64,000 bases of DNA from Bacteroidota bacterium (GCA_013286315.1 JABDFX010000005.1:6435-70434); one strand, 5' to 3'; counted from the first letter of the stretch, positions 47,429-58,391 are shown. The notes: generated by a model from the letters alone, not told the origin. Translations and numbers: made by a program.

Positions 47429-49107
47429 ACACATATGACGCCATCGTGGTGGGCTCCGGAATCAGTGGCGGATGGGCTGCCAAGGAACTTTGTGAGGCTG
47501 GATTGAAAACCCTTGTTTTGGAACGGGGCCGGGACGTGGTACACCTGAAAGATTATCCTACAGCCATGCTCGCTCCCTGGGAATTTCCTCACAGGGGAGA
47601 AATGCCTGAAAAATTTATCAAAGAAAATCCATTGATCACCCGGGCTGCGGGCTTTAGCGAATCCACACAGCATTTTTTTATCAGGGATAAAGATCATCCT
47701 TATGAGCAGGAAAAACCCTTCGACTGGATCAGGGGCTATCAGGTTGGTGGAAAATCGCTGATCTGGGGCAGGGCCTGCCCGCGCTGGAGCCCGTATGAAT
47801 TTATCTCTCCCGCCCGTGATGGGTATGGTATTGAATGGCCTGTTGGTTATGATGAAATGGCACCCTGGTATTCTCATGTGGAGAAATTCGCCGGTATCTG
47901 CGGGAATAAAGACGGTTTGGAATCCATGCCCGACGGTGAATATCTGCCGCCCTTCGAATTCAACTGTGTCGAAAAAGATCTTTCAAAAAAAATCAGTGAG
48001 CGGTATACGGACCGGCGGATGATTCATGGCCGCTGGGCACAATTGACGGAAGCCAGGGAAATCCATTTAAAACAGGGAAGGGGTCGATGCCAGGCACGCG
48101 ACCTTTGCATGCGCGGTTGCCCGTTTGGCGGGTATTTCAGTTCCAATTCATCTACGTTACCATGGGCAGCACGCACGGGTAACCTGACCGTTCGTCCGCA
48201 CAGCGTGGTACATTCCATTATCTACGATGAAAAGAAAAACAGGGCCACCGGCGTTCGCATAATCGACGCCGTTAGTCATGAGACAACGGATTATTTTGCA
48301 CGTATTATTTTCATGAACGCATCCGCATTAAATACCAACCTGGTTCTGTTGAATTCCACTTCCAATCGTTTTCCGGATGGTCTTGGAAACGATCATGGCA
48401 TTCTGGGGAAATATATTTGTCACCATAACTACCTGGGTACTATGAATGGCAGGATCGAGGGATACCATGATGTATATTATTATGGGAGAAAACCGGCTGA
48501 AGCCATGATGAATAATTTCAGGAATTTCAAAAAGCACGATATGGATTTCGTGGGCGGTTATATGGCTTTCATGGGTTGTTACAGAACCAGGGGTGCCACT
48601 ACGAACGGACCGGAAATCGGGTCTGATTATAAAAAAGCACTATCTGAGGCTGGCGATTGGGGTTGTTATATGTACATGCAGGGAGAAACCATCCCCAAGG
48701 AATCCAACCGGGTTTATTTAAGTAAGGATAAAAAAGACCCATGGGGTATACCATTGCTGGTTACCGATGTTGCCTACGACCGGAATGATGAATTATTAAC
48801 GAAAGATTTCATGGAGCAGGGTGCTGAAACCCTTGCAAATGGAGGAGTCCGGGATGTTGTAGTTAGAAACCGAAACTGGGCGCCCGGCAGGGATATTCAC
48901 GAAATGGGTGGCTGCCGGATGGGAAAGGATCCCAAAACCTCGATGCTGAATAAATGGAATCAGCTGCACCAATGCAAGAACGTTTTTGTGACCGACGGAG
49001 CCTGTATGACGAGTACGGGCATGCAAAGTCCATCTATTTTATATATGGCTTTTACGGCCCGGGCAGCCGGATTTGCGGTAAACGAGCTAAAGAAACTGAA
49101 CTTATGA
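47425..49107 (+). CDS. GMC family oxidoreductase, copy B
   Basis: Same motifs; TTG start overlapping the upstream stop. Confidence 0.9.
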   Translation: MNTYDAIVVGSGISGGWAAKELCEAGLKTLVLERGRDVVHLKDYPTAMLAPWEFPHRGEMPEKFIKENPLITRAAGFSESTQHFFIRDKDHPYEQEKPFDWIRGYQVGGKSLIWGRACPRWSPYEFISPARDGYGIEWPVGYDEMAPWYSHVEKFAGICGNKDGLESMPDGEYLPPFEFNCVEKDLSKKISERYTDRRMIHGRWAQLTEAREIHLKQGRGRCQARDLCMRGCPFGGYFSSNSSTLPWAARTGNLTVRPHSVVHSIIYDEKKNRATGVRIIDAVSHETTDYFARIIFMNASALNTNLVLLNSTSNRFPDGLGNDHGILGKYICHHNYLGTMNGRIEGYHDVYYYGRKPAEAMMNNFRNFKKHDMDFVGGYMAFMGCYRTRGATTNGPEIGSDYKKALSEAGDWGCYMYMQGETIPKESNRVYLSKDKKDPWGIPLLVTDVAYDRNDELLTKDFMEQGAETLANGGVRDVVVRNRNWAPGRDIHEMGGCRMGKDPKTSMLNKWNQLHQCKNVFVTDGACMTSTGMQSPSILYMAFTARAAGFAVNELKKLNL

Positions 49108-49251
49108 TAAAATTTTATCTTATTAACGCCCTATTATTTATAAATAATACATATTAATTTTATTATAATGTAACTTTTAATACGATTTTGTTTTAATTTA
49201 CAACTGATTTTAGTCATCGTTAACATCTCATTTACTAAAACTATTTTCAGT

Positions 49252-50634
49252 ATGAACAAAGTCACATTAAAAACGGCGGCTCCGTTTATCCTCCTCGTTC
49301 TGATTTCCTTATTGGCTCTATTTGTACCTTCTTTGTCAAATTTTGATGAGGGCAAATACAATGGGGCGGATATTGCCTGGATCATTGTTGCCACAGCCCT
49401 TGTATTTTTAATGACCCCCGGACTGGCTTTTTTCTATGGCGGGATGGTGAACCGGAAAAATGTGATTTCGACTATGATCAAAAGTCTGATCGCCGCAGGC
49501 ATTGTTTCTGTTCTGTGGATTGTAGTTGGATACAGTCTTTGTTTCGGACCGGACGTAAAGGGTCTGGGATTGATTGGTGATCCGATGACCCATTTTATGT
49601 TTAAAGGTGTTAACTCCGGAAAACCATGGGTTTTTATGCCAACGGTTCCACTAACGCTATTTGCTTTATTCCAATTGATGTTTGCGATCATTACGCCGGG
49701 ATTGGTCGTGGGAGCCGTTGCCGAACGTATTAAGTTTACTTCTTTCGTTCTGTTTGTGCTCTTATTCAGTCTTCTTGTATATGCTCCGCTAGCGCATTGG
49801 AGTTGGCACCCCGATGGAATTCTGGCCAAATGGGGAGCTCTGGATTTTGCCGGAGGAACCGTGGTTCATATTTCGGCCGGTTGTGCAGCCTTAGCGGGCG
49901 CCATTGTTTTGAAACAACGCAGAAGTCATATTGACCATATAGAAATTCCACCCGCTAATATCCCTTATGTATTGATTGGCACTGGTCTTCTCTGGTTTGG
50001 CTGGTTTGGATTTAATGCCGGATCCGCTGGAGCCGCCAGCGCGCTTTCTGTTTCAGCATTTGCTACTACAAATACTGCCGCTGGTGCGGCGGGCCTGTCC
50101 TGGATGTTTTTCGATGTTATCAAAGGCAAAAAACCATCTGTACTTGGATTCTGTATCGGAGCGGTTGTGGGCCTTGTAGCCATAACGCCGGCAGCTGGTT
50201 TTGTCGCCATTCCGCAAAGTATTTTCATCGGTGTGGTTGCAGCTGTTATATCAAACACTGCCGTATACTGGCGTTCGAAAACCAAACTGGATGACACCCT
50301 GGATGTGTTCCCCTGTCACGGTATTGGCGGTATGGTCGGCATGCTGATGACCGGTATTTTCGCTACAAAAACTGTCAACCCAGCCGGTGCTGACGGCTGG
50401 TTCTATGGAAATCCGGCATTTTTCTGGACACAGGTTAAAGCCTTGTTAGTAGTTGTGCCGTTCAGCTTTTGCATGTCCTTCTTAATTTTCAAATTTATCA
50501 ACCTGATCCTTCCAATCCGTGTAAGCAAAACAGAAGAAGAGGAGGGACTTGATGCCAGTCAGCATGCAGAGAAATACCTGCAGGGTCATTTACTGGTAAC
50601 TACTCCATATGGTGTAAAAGAAGAAGCTGTCTAG
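49252..50634 (+). CDS. amtB: Ammonium transporter
   Basis: MTPGLAFFYGG, FQLMFAIIT, DFAGGTVVH, LWFGWFGFNAGS, DDTLDVFPCHG. Confidence 0.95.
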   Translation: MNKVTLKTAAPFILLVLISLLALFVPSLSNFDEGKYNGADIAWIIVATALVFLMTPGLAFFYGGMVNRKNVISTMIKSLIAAGIVSVLWIVVGYSLCFGPDVKGLGLIGDPMTHFMFKGVNSGKPWVFMPTVPLTLFALFQLMFAIITPGLVVGAVAERIKFTSFVLFVLLFSLLVYAPLAHWSWHPDGILAKWGALDFAGGTVVHISAGCAALAGAIVLKQRRSHIDHIEIPPANIPYVLIGTGLLWFGWFGFNAGSAGAASALSVSAFATTNTAAGAAGLSWMFFDVIKGKKPSVLGFCIGAVVGLVAITPAAGFVAIPQSIFIGVVAAVISNTAVYWRSKTKLDDTLDVFPCHGIGGMVGMLMTGIFATKTVNPAGADGWFYGNPAFFWTQVKALLVVVPFSFCMSFLIFKFINLILPIRVSKTEEEEGLDASQHAEKYLQGHLLVTTPYGVKEEAV

Positions 50635-50637
50635 TAT

Positions 50638-50829
50638 AATGGTCAATTGTTAATTGTCAATTGTTAATTGAAGAGCATAGTCGTTGGCGATTAACTTCCG
50701 GAGCACAAAGCCTGACGCGTAACACCGAAAGCTTTGTGCTTTAGTTTTTAAAACCGTTCATCATCAGTATTTTCCTTATCAAACTTATATTACAAGGCTT
50801 TAAGCGTTACGCTTTACGCTTTAGGCATA
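50638..50829. repeat. AATTGTY array x5 (50638-50672, forward) and AAAGCGT-type array x5 (50795-50829, reverse)
   Basis: AATGGTC AATTGTT AATTGTC AATTGTT AATTGAA ... AGGCTTT AAGCGTT ACGCTTT ACGCTTT AGGCATA. Confidence 0.82.
50701..50742 (+). terminator. Probable terminator hairpin after amtB
   Basis: AGCACAAAGC ... GCTTTGTGCT inverted repeat, T-rich tail, large loop. Confidence 0.5.
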
Positions 50830-50867
50830 ACAATCATAAATTTGCACTAAATCAAACTTAGGGGCGT

Positions 50868-52763
50868 TTGAGATATTTAAAGGCTGTCAATAAATACTTC
50901 TGGAAATATAAATGGAGGCTATTGCTGGGCCTCCTTTTTGTGATCCTCTCCAATTACTTCCGCATTCTGGCTCCTCAGGTTACCGGATATGTTGTGAATA
51001 CTGTGGAGAAAGAACTGACTGCACAGGTACATGCAAAATCACCGCATCCCGTTTCCGCCGCAACGCAGGTCAATATTGCCAGAACACAGAGATCTGATAC
51101 AGCTAATTATGATATTCTCGTAAAAAAATTCATCCGCAGTTTAAATTCCACCGATCAGAGTTTTAAACATAAAGTGGCTATTTCCGGACTCACCTTATTG
51201 TTGCTGGCAATACTGGGAGGTATTTTTATGTTCTTCATGCGACAAACCCTGATCGTCATGAGCCGCCATATTGAATTCGATCAGAAAAATGAAATTTACC
51301 AACACTACCAACAGTTGGACACTTCTTTTTATAAGTCTCATAGCACAGGCGACCTCATGAGCCGGATGGCAGAAGATGTTAGTCGCGTGAGAATGTACAC
51401 CGGACCGGCTATAATGTATCTCGCAAACCTTCTGGCAACCATTGGTTTCAGTCTTTATTTTATGATCCGAAAGGATGCATTGCTTACTTTCTACGTGCTT
51501 GCGCCACTACCCATTCTGGCAGTGACGATTTACATGGTCAATAATCTGATTCACAGAAAAAGCGAAAGGATCCAGGCATTACTGAGTAAACTGACAACCA
51601 ATGCGCAGGAATCCTATAGCGGCATACGGGTTATTAAATCCTTTGTACAGGAATCCGCCATGCTTCGTTTTTTCAGTGCTAACAGCGAAGACTATAGGAA
51701 AAACGCGATCAGTCTGGCCAAAGTGGAGGCCATTTATTTTCCTTCCATGGGCCTGATCATTGGTTTGAGCACCCTTTTAACCATCATGATTGGCGGTTTT
51801 TATGTGATCCATGGCACACACCAGACGGACCTGGGTACCATCACAGAATTCGTCATTTATATTACGATGCTGACGTTTCCCGTCAGTGCTATCGGATGGG
51901 TGGCCAGTATGATCCAGCGTGCTTCTGCTTCCCAGAAAAGACTCAACGAATTTCTGGAAACAAAACCGGTCATTCAGGATATCAGGCATCCGGTCAAATT
52001 GCCGCTTACCGGAAACATATCCTTTGAGCATGTAGATTTTATCTATCCGCATACCGGAATTCATGCAATAAAGGATTTTAACCTGCAAGTGCGCAAAGGA
52101 GAAAAAATTGCCGTTATAGGAAGAACGGGCAGTGGTAAAACAACGCTGGCCCAGTTAATTCTGCGTTTTTACGATCCAACCCACGGAACCATACTCATGG
52201 ATAGAAAGGATATCCGGACGCTCGACCTGCCGGATTTCAGGAACCAGATAGGATATGTTCCTCAGGATGTTTTCCTTTTCAGTGATACCGTAACCGGAAA
52301 CATCCTTTTCGGACTGGAAAATAAATCCTCAACGGAAGCGAAAAAGGCAGCAGAATATGCAAGTATTGACAAAGAAATTCTGCAGTTTTCCTCCGGTTAT
52401 GATACGATGGTCGGCGAAAGGGGTGTCACTTTGAGCGGGGGACAGAAACAAAGAATATCTATCGCCAGGGCATTGGCCGGGAATCATGAAATCGTCATTT
52501 TCGATGACTGTCTCAGCGCAGTAGATGCCCGGACGGAAAAGGAAATTATCAGCAATCTGTATAGCTATCTTCAGAATAAAACGGCTTTTATCATTACCCA
52601 CCGGATCTTCTCTCTCTTTGAATTTGACCGTATTGTAGTTCTTGATCAGGGAAGGGTGGTAGAAATAGGCACCCATGAAGAACTGCTGACCAGGAATGGA
52701 CATTACACCCGACTGTACGAACAGCAGCAGAAAACAGGAGAGGAGCTTCAAACCCGCGACTGA
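50868..52763 (+). CDS. ABC transporter, fused permease/ATP-binding (MsbA/MdlA-like)
   Basis: TM domain; GRTGSGKTT, LSGGQKQR, IFDD; TAAATTTG promoter at 50837. Confidence 0.93.
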   Translation: MRYLKAVNKYFWKYKWRLLLGLLFVILSNYFRILAPQVTGYVVNTVEKELTAQVHAKSPHPVSAATQVNIARTQRSDTANYDILVKKFIRSLNSTDQSFKHKVAISGLTLLLLAILGGIFMFFMRQTLIVMSRHIEFDQKNEIYQHYQQLDTSFYKSHSTGDLMSRMAEDVSRVRMYTGPAIMYLANLLATIGFSLYFMIRKDALLTFYVLAPLPILAVTIYMVNNLIHRKSERIQALLSKLTTNAQESYSGIRVIKSFVQESAMLRFFSANSEDYRKNAISLAKVEAIYFPSMGLIIGLSTLLTIMIGGFYVIHGTHQTDLGTITEFVIYITMLTFPVSAIGWVASMIQRASASQKRLNEFLETKPVIQDIRHPVKLPLTGNISFEHVDFIYPHTGIHAIKDFNLQVRKGEKIAVIGRTGSGKTTLAQLILRFYDPTHGTILMDRKDIRTLDLPDFRNQIGYVPQDVFLFSDTVTGNILFGLENKSSTEAKKAAEYASIDKEILQFSSGYDTMVGERGVTLSGGQKQRISIARALAGNHEIVIFDDCLSAVDARTEKEIISNLYSYLQNKTAFIITHRIFSLFEFDRIVVLDQGRVVEIGTHEELLTRNGHYTRLYEQQQKTGEELQTRD

Positions 52764-52878
52764 CCTGATTTGCGTAAAAACACGCAGTGTTACACAAAAT
52801 GGGGAATTTTTTGCCAGTTCCATAACAATATTATATTTGTATGGGCTTGCTTTATTTTTTTTACCTAAAACAACGAAC

Positions 52879-53340
52879 GTGGCGTACGAGAACAATGACA
52901 AAAGAATGGAAAGCGTGTATAGCAAACGAATCAGGGCCGGTAAGCGGAGGACTTATTTTTTTGATGTACGGGCTACACGAGGCAATGATTATTATCTGAC
53001 GATTACTGAAAGCCGTAAGAAATTTAATGAAGATGGATATGACCGGCATAAAATCTTCCTGTACAAGGAAGACTTCAATAAATTTATAAAGGCACTTACT
53101 GAAGCAGTTGATTATGTTAAGACCGATCTGATGCCCGACTTTGATTTTGATGCATTTAATCATGACCAGGTACCGGAAAATGGAGAGGGACAGCCTGAAA
53201 TCCATGAACATGTTGAGTCCCCTCTCGATCCTGTTGTGAATGTTTCTGAACCGGAACCTGTTAAAGCAGAAGCGGTCACAGTAACAGCGCAGCCAACTTC
53301 TTCCGGTACGGATCATTTGGAAGAAGTGGATAAATGGTGA
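52879..53340 (+). CDS. DUF3276 / PUR-family nucleic-acid-binding protein
   Basis: RAGKRRTYFFDVR, YLTITES, HKIFLYKEDF; likely GTG start at 52879; TATATTTG promoter at 52832. Confidence 0.85.
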   Translation: MAYENNDKRMESVYSKRIRAGKRRTYFFDVRATRGNDYYLTITESRKKFNEDGYDRHKIFLYKEDFNKFIKALTEAVDYVKTDLMPDFDFDAFNHDQVPENGEGQPEIHEHVESPLDPVVNVSEPEPVKAEAVTVTAQPTSSGTDHLEEVDKW

Positions 53341-53343
53341 TTA

Positions 53344-53497
53344 AAAGCTCAACGCGTAACGCTTAAAGCTATTTTAATTTATTATGGTGTATGGTGTAGG
53401 TTATACTATGCTTTACACCATTTTTATTTGGGCTGACGAATAATTTAATGTAAACAGATATGCGTATAACGATACCGTCAACCGTCAACCGCCACCG
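53344..53497. repeat. Forward AAMGCNY array (53344-53371), ATGGTGT x2 (53384-53397), reverse GTTGRCG array (53474-53497) overlapping a stop codon
   Basis: AAAGCTC AACGCGT AACGCTT AAAGCTA; ACCGTCAACCGTCAACCGCCACCG. Confidence 0.8.
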
Positions 53498-54596
53498 AAA
53501 TAAAATCCGCTGCGCGCTTCGTAATATTTCCCCAATAAAATTGTTCGTAGAAAACAGGCGGCATAGTCGTTTTCAAATGGATGGCCCGTGCGATTGCTTC
53601 TGTAAATAAATTCCAGTTGTTATCAGGGCATAAGATCATTTTGCCATTGCAAAGCGCAGGATCAATACCGATCGCTCCATTTTCAGTCGATACGGCATTC
53701 AGGTTAAATGCCAACGCTTCCACCAGTTTTGTTTTTATACCGCCTCCGGATTGTACAGGATTCAGAAATACATCACAACCTGTGAGATAGAGTTCGAGAT
53801 TTTCAACAAATCCCAATATCATAACATTGGGATAGGAAATACTTTTAATAGTCTCAGGGATATGAAGACCAATAATCAAAATTAAATAAGGGATTTCCTT
53901 TTTTTGCAATATAGGGTTTACTTTAAACAGGAGATTATCCAGGGCATCGCGGTTGGGTTTATATTGAAATGAACCATTAAATAATAATAATGGCAGGTTA
54001 TTCCGGATTTGCAATTCCTTTTGTAAAATCCGGAAAGCAGATTCATGACTCTCCGCAGATGGAGGTTCTTTTATTTCCGTTCCGAAACTAACACTGAGGC
54101 ATTTTTTTGCATCCAGATGAAATGTGTCGATCGCGTATTTTCTATCTTCTTCCTGAATAAAAAAATTATAATCCGCCTGTTGATGCGTTATTTTTTCATA
54201 GTTCCATAAAATACGCCACCACCATTTACCCAGTCCCTTCCATCGAAGTCCCTCGATATTATGGGAATGAACAACGAGTTTTATGCCACAGGCTCTTTTC
54301 AAAAGGATACCCAGCCAGCCGTAATAGGGATGTTCCAGGATGAGGTGCGTTGCTTTTTTTTGACGTATAAGATCCCGCAACCTGAAAAAAATAAAGGGAT
54401 TGATATAACGAAGTTTTGAGTTGCCGATTATGTTCAGCAATTCATATCCCTCCGCATAAGCCGGTTGATTTTTTTCAGTTGTGACAATGGTCAACTGATG
54501 GTATCTGGAAAAATATTTATAAAAAAGGGCGATACCTTTTTGTCCCCCGGTTCTTGCAGGGAGGAAGGGATAAGAAACGAGTGATATGATATTCAT
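53478..54596 (-). CDS. Glycosyltransferase family 4
   Basis: HSHNIE, GSFQYKPN, GGGIKTKLVEALA. Confidence 0.85.
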   Translation of the reverse strand: MNIISLVSYPFLPARTGGQKGIALFYKYFSRYHQLTIVTTEKNQPAYAEGYELLNIIGNSKLRYINPFIFFRLRDLIRQKKATHLILEHPYYGWLGILLKRACGIKLVVHSHNIEGLRWKGLGKWWWRILWNYEKITHQQADYNFFIQEEDRKYAIDTFHLDAKKCLSVSFGTEIKEPPSAESHESAFRILQKELQIRNNLPLLLFNGSFQYKPNRDALDNLLFKVNPILQKKEIPYLILIIGLHIPETIKSISYPNVMILGFVENLELYLTGCDVFLNPVQSGGGIKTKLVEALAFNLNAVSTENGAIGIDPALCNGKMILCPDNNWNLFTEAIARAIHLKTTMPPVFYEQFYWGNITKRAADFISVAVDG

Positions 54597-54601
54597 TTGG
54601 T

Positions 54602-54738
54602 AAAGCCTAAGGCCTAAAGCCTAAAGCTTAAAACTTTTTGGTGATATCTGAAGAATCTTATGAATTGTGATAACAATATTATTAATCCACTAAAACACTT
54701 TCCTGGTTTTAGGCTTTAGGCTTTGAGCTTTTAGCTTT
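54602..54738. repeat. Inverted pair of AAAGCYT arrays (54602-54634 forward; 54706-54738 reverse, inside the YfhO 3' end)
   Basis: AAAGCCT AAGGCCT AAAGCCT AAAGCTT AAAAC ... GTTTT AGGCTTT AGGCTTT GAGCTTT TAGCTTT. Confidence 0.88.
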
Positions 54739-57246
54739 TAAAGGGCTTAAGATTCCGAACAGTTGCAAAGTGGCCGCAATCAGCAACAAATAAATGATGA
54801 TCGATGCCCATACACTCAAACGGTTACCCATGATATAGGACCGGGGTTCAAAACGAAATTCAATGGTATGATCACCTGCGGGAACCGCCATGCCCCGTAA
54901 TATATAATCCACCTTACAATATGGAGCGGGCTTCCCGTCGATAAAAGCGTTCCAGCCTTTGTCATAATATACTTCGCTGAAAACGGCAAACTGGTTTGTC
55001 TTTGATTTAAACTGGTAAGATATTTTGTCATTTAGATTTTCAATCAGGTGAATGCTGGCGGAACTGTCTTTCACCGGCATAAAAGGAATCCGGTCTTTAA
55101 AAATGTCTTCAACGATCGCTGTATCCCGCACGTTGATACTATCCAGAGCGGACATTTCCTGGTCAGCGTTTTTTACATAGACAATATCAGATACAAGCCA
55201 GCAGGAACCATAAGCACCGGGATTCAACATAGCTTCGTCCCGTCCGTCCTGTGTTTTCCTGATAATATATTTCGTATTCAGCATATCGTATACGCGCTGA
55301 TTGCCCTTGGTTAGCTGGTGCTCAATGATGTCATTATAGAGAGCCAGCTTGGCCGGATGATAACCACCTACCGAATTATGAAAATAAGATGTATGGGCAT
55401 CCTGGAACGGATCACCACTGCTCATATCCAGTACCCTGAAGTTTTTTTCCGGATCCGCTTTTATGCGTTTGTCCGCATCAGACATGGCAAATGCCGCTTC
55501 GATCGTTTCCGGTTCGGTATATGAATCCTCGCTCAGATACTTAGTCCCTTCGGTCAGAATATCAAAGGAACTCAGAACGAGCAACCCGGATAATAATATC
55601 ACCGGTTTATACTTCCCTTTAAAATAAAACCAGCAGAATGCTGCGGCTAAAACAACCAACACGATACTCCGCAATAAATCCTTCTCGAAAATACTTTTTC
55701 GATCGTCGCGCAGGGCAGACATCCAGGTATTCACAGTTTGTATGGCCTGCTGCTGCATTTCAGCAGTAGGCTGTTTGCCCTGCCCCATCTGACGGGTAAT
55801 ATCCGATACATACTTATCCTTTATCCGGACATCATTATCGGATTTAAAATCGCTCATAAATAAAATAAGTACGCTAAGCAAAATCAATCCGCCGGATGTA
55901 TATAATACCTTTTTGAATTTTGTAAAATCCAATTCCTTACTTTCGACAGAATTTATGAATTCCTGTAATCCAAGTGAAGCAAGTAATGCAAACCCCAGTT
56001 GTGGCATAACAAGCGCCATAGAGGGTGCGCGGAATTTACTGTAGAATGGCAGATTGTCGAATAAAAAATAATTCACAAAAGCGAAATGTCTGCCCCATGC
56101 CATCACAATCCCCACGACACAAATAGAAAGTATCCACCATTTGTGCCAGCTCTTCACATAAAACATTCCGAGAATAAATAAAAAGCAAATGACCGCACCC
56201 AGGTAAACGGGGCCTGAAGTAAATGGCTGTTCTCCCCAATATGCATAGCCATTTGCCAGGGCCAGCGCATTATCCTCGGGTATACCGGCTTCCATTAATT
56301 TATCGGCAAACTTTGAATTGTCAGTAATTAATTTTCCCGAGCCTCCGCCTCCCTGCATTCCGGGAACAAACAGAGTCAGCGTTTCCTGGATACCGTAACT
56401 CCAGGAAAATGCATAATCCTTATTGAGGCCTCCCTCTGTTTTATTTTTTTTATCGATGGGCGTCAGTTGAGATTTTCCACCGCGCATGGTTTCCTCAGCA
56501 ACTTCCTTGGTCGGCATGAGGGTATAGGCATAACTTAATAGCCCAATGACAAGCGAGCAGGCGATTAGTAAATAACTTACAAGAACATGTGTGACTTTTA
56601 TCTCCTTCCGGTTTGTTATCAGATAAACGATTGCAATGATACCGATCATGATACCCGTGTAATAAACTACCTGTAAATGCTGGGTACTGACCTCCAGTCC
56701 GAAAAAAACCGTCATCAATGCTGTTCCACCCAAATATTTCCCACGAAAAATCAGAAGGGCACCGGCGATAACGGCCGGCAAATAACCAATGGCGATCAAT
56801 TCTGTATTATGTCCAACCGAAACCAGTATGGGATTAAAAGTTGCAAATGCGTAAGCGATTGAACCCAGGAGAGAAATCAGCAGGCTCAGTCCAAGAACCT
56901 GCGTCAGAATATAAAAACAAATGCAGGCAATGAAGAAATAATAAATGGGCTGTGGCCCCACAAAAAACAAATTGTTCAAGTAGTTGATATTGATCTTTGA
57001 AGTTCCTTCAAAAGCAATATTATAACCGGGCATGCCGCCAAACATGGATTCGGTCCACAGAGGAAAGTGCCCATATTTTTGTCTGAACTCTATTGACTGC
57101 TGGGCCATACCTGTGAAGCCCTGCACATCGGACTGCCGAAGCACTTTTCCTTCCAGTGCCGTCTTATTAAAAGCAACAGAAACGATCCAAAAAACAGCAA
57201 CTGCGATGACATGCGGAAGGGCTTTCTTAAGAAGCGATGAATTCAT
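54709..57246 (-). CDS. YfhO family (GT-C-like) membrane protein
   Basis: WTESMFGGMP, YWGEQPFTSGPVYLG, KFRAPSM, GGYHPAKL, SEVYY..GW, LRGMAVPAG.H.IEFRFEP. Confidence 0.87.
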   Translation of the reverse strand: MNSSLLKKALPHVIAVAVFWIVSVAFNKTALEGKVLRQSDVQGFTGMAQQSIEFRQKYGHFPLWTESMFGGMPGYNIAFEGTSKININYLNNLFFVGPQPIYYFFIACICFYILTQVLGLSLLISLLGSIAYAFATFNPILVSVGHNTELIAIGYLPAVIAGALLIFRGKYLGGTALMTVFFGLEVSTQHLQVVYYTGIMIGIIAIVYLITNRKEIKVTHVLVSYLLIACSLVIGLLSYAYTLMPTKEVAEETMRGGKSQLTPIDKKNKTEGGLNKDYAFSWSYGIQETLTLFVPGMQGGGGSGKLITDNSKFADKLMEAGIPEDNALALANGYAYWGEQPFTSGPVYLGAVICFLFILGMFYVKSWHKWWILSICVVGIVMAWGRHFAFVNYFLFDNLPFYSKFRAPSMALVMPQLGFALLASLGLQEFINSVESKELDFTKFKKVLYTSGGLILLSVLILFMSDFKSDNDVRIKDKYVSDITRQMGQGKQPTAEMQQQAIQTVNTWMSALRDDRKSIFEKDLLRSIVLVVLAAAFCWFYFKGKYKPVILLSGLLVLSSFDILTEGTKYLSEDSYTEPETIEAAFAMSDADKRIKADPEKNFRVLDMSSGDPFQDAHTSYFHNSVGGYHPAKLALYNDIIEHQLTKGNQRVYDMLNTKYIIRKTQDGRDEAMLNPGAYGSCWLVSDIVYVKNADQEMSALDSINVRDTAIVEDIFKDRIPFMPVKDSSASIHLIENLNDKISYQFKSKTNQFAVFSEVYYDKGWNAFIDGKPAPYCKVDYILRGMAVPAGDHTIEFRFEPRSYIMGNRLSVWASIIIYLLLIAATLQLFGILSPLKAKSSKPKA

Positions 57247-57312
57247 ATTTACCGAAACTGATTAATCAGGCAAAATAATGCTATTTTATGCAGAAATTTG
57301 GATTTTTGAACT

Positions 57313-57597
57313 ATGGCTTTGTTAAGGATGCTATGTCGCGCGGCTTTCATTTGTAACGTATGTTTCATGCTTGCTCTTGCCATATTATGGCTTAAGCATC
57401 CGGAGAAATCGGATCCGGGGATCAGTTCTCTCATCATCGTAATGGGATTTTTTCTTGCCATCGTCCTGAATATCGTTGTGAATCTGTGGCTGTTTATTCT
57501 TCGCATTTATAAAAAAAGAACAGAAGGCATTCCGCGTTCCCTTATTATCATAAACGGAGGGTTCATGGCTATCCAATTAATCTTATTAATCAAATGA
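57313..57597 (+). CDS. Small hypothetical membrane protein
   Basis: Three hydrophobic helices; stop overlaps the next start (ATGA). Confidence 0.6.
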   Translation: MALLRMLCRAAFICNVCFMLALAILWLKHPEKSDPGISSLIIVMGFFLAIVLNIVVNLWLFILRIYKKRTEGIPRSLIIINGGFMAIQLILLIK

Positions 57598-58391
57598 TTC
57601 GAAAAATCCTGGATGACAAACCCAGTAAACTCTTTGTTATTTTTACAGCTTTTTTTGTAGCCAACGCGCTCATTGCAGAATGTATCGGCGGTAAAATCTT
57701 TTCTCTAGAAAGCACCCTGGGATTCAAGCCATTTTCTTTTTCCCTCTTTGGGCAATCCGGACTTTCGTTTACACTTACCTGTGGTGTTCTGTTATGGCCC
57801 CTGGAATTTGTAATGACGGATATCATAAATGAATTCTATGGTCCCAAAGCCATCAGAAGGATTTCCTATATAGCTGTTGCATTGATCTCATATGCCTATC
57901 TCATGTTCTTTATGGCTATGAATACATCGCCTGCTGCCTTTTGGGTGGTGAGTAATCAAACCAGCGGAGTTCCGGACATGCAGGCGGCTTTCAATGGCGT
58001 TTTCGGGCAGGGCATGCGAATCATTATCGGCAGCCTGGTCGCTTTTCTTGTCAGCCAGATCGTTGATGTGACTATATTTCACAAAATTAAAAAGCTGACG
58101 GGTGAAAAACATGTCTGGCTTCGTGCCACGGGATCGACACTCGTTTCGCAACTGGTGGACAGTTATATCGTGTTATTTATCGCATTCGCCGGAAAATTAA
58201 GCTGGCAGCAGATCCTGGCCATCGGGATAATGAATTACACGTATAAATTTATTATGGCGATTGTGTTGACCCCACTGATATACGGTATGGAAAGAGCCAT
58301 TGAAAAATATTTCGGTCACGAGCTCACGCATAAAATGAAGCAGTCGGCGATGGGAAAGGAGGTCGTGGATGTGCCGATTGTGGCGGGGTGA
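57594..58391 (+). CDS. Queuosine precursor transporter (YhhQ/VUT family)
   Basis: GVLLWP..F..TDIINEFYG, GSLVAFLVSQ..DV, WLRATGSTLVSQLVDS. Confidence 0.9.
   Translation: MIRKILDDKPSKLFVIFTAFFVANALIAECIGGKIFSLESTLGFKPFSFSLFGQSGLSFTLTCGVLLWPLEFVMTDIINEFYGPKAIRRISYIAVALISYAYLMFFMAMNTSPAAFWVVSNQTSGVPDMQAAFNGVFGQGMRIIIGSLVAFLVSQIVDVTIFHKIKKLTGEKHVWLRATGSTLVSQLVDSYIVLFIAFAGKLSWQQILAIGIMNYTYKFIMAIVLTPLIYGMERAIEKYFGHELTHKMKQSAMGKEVVDVPIVAG

Noticed and set aside
52696-52878. N-terminal extension of the DUF3276 ORF
   Set aside because: It overlaps the ABC transporter 3' end and spans a promoter motif; the GTG at 52879 is the more plausible start.
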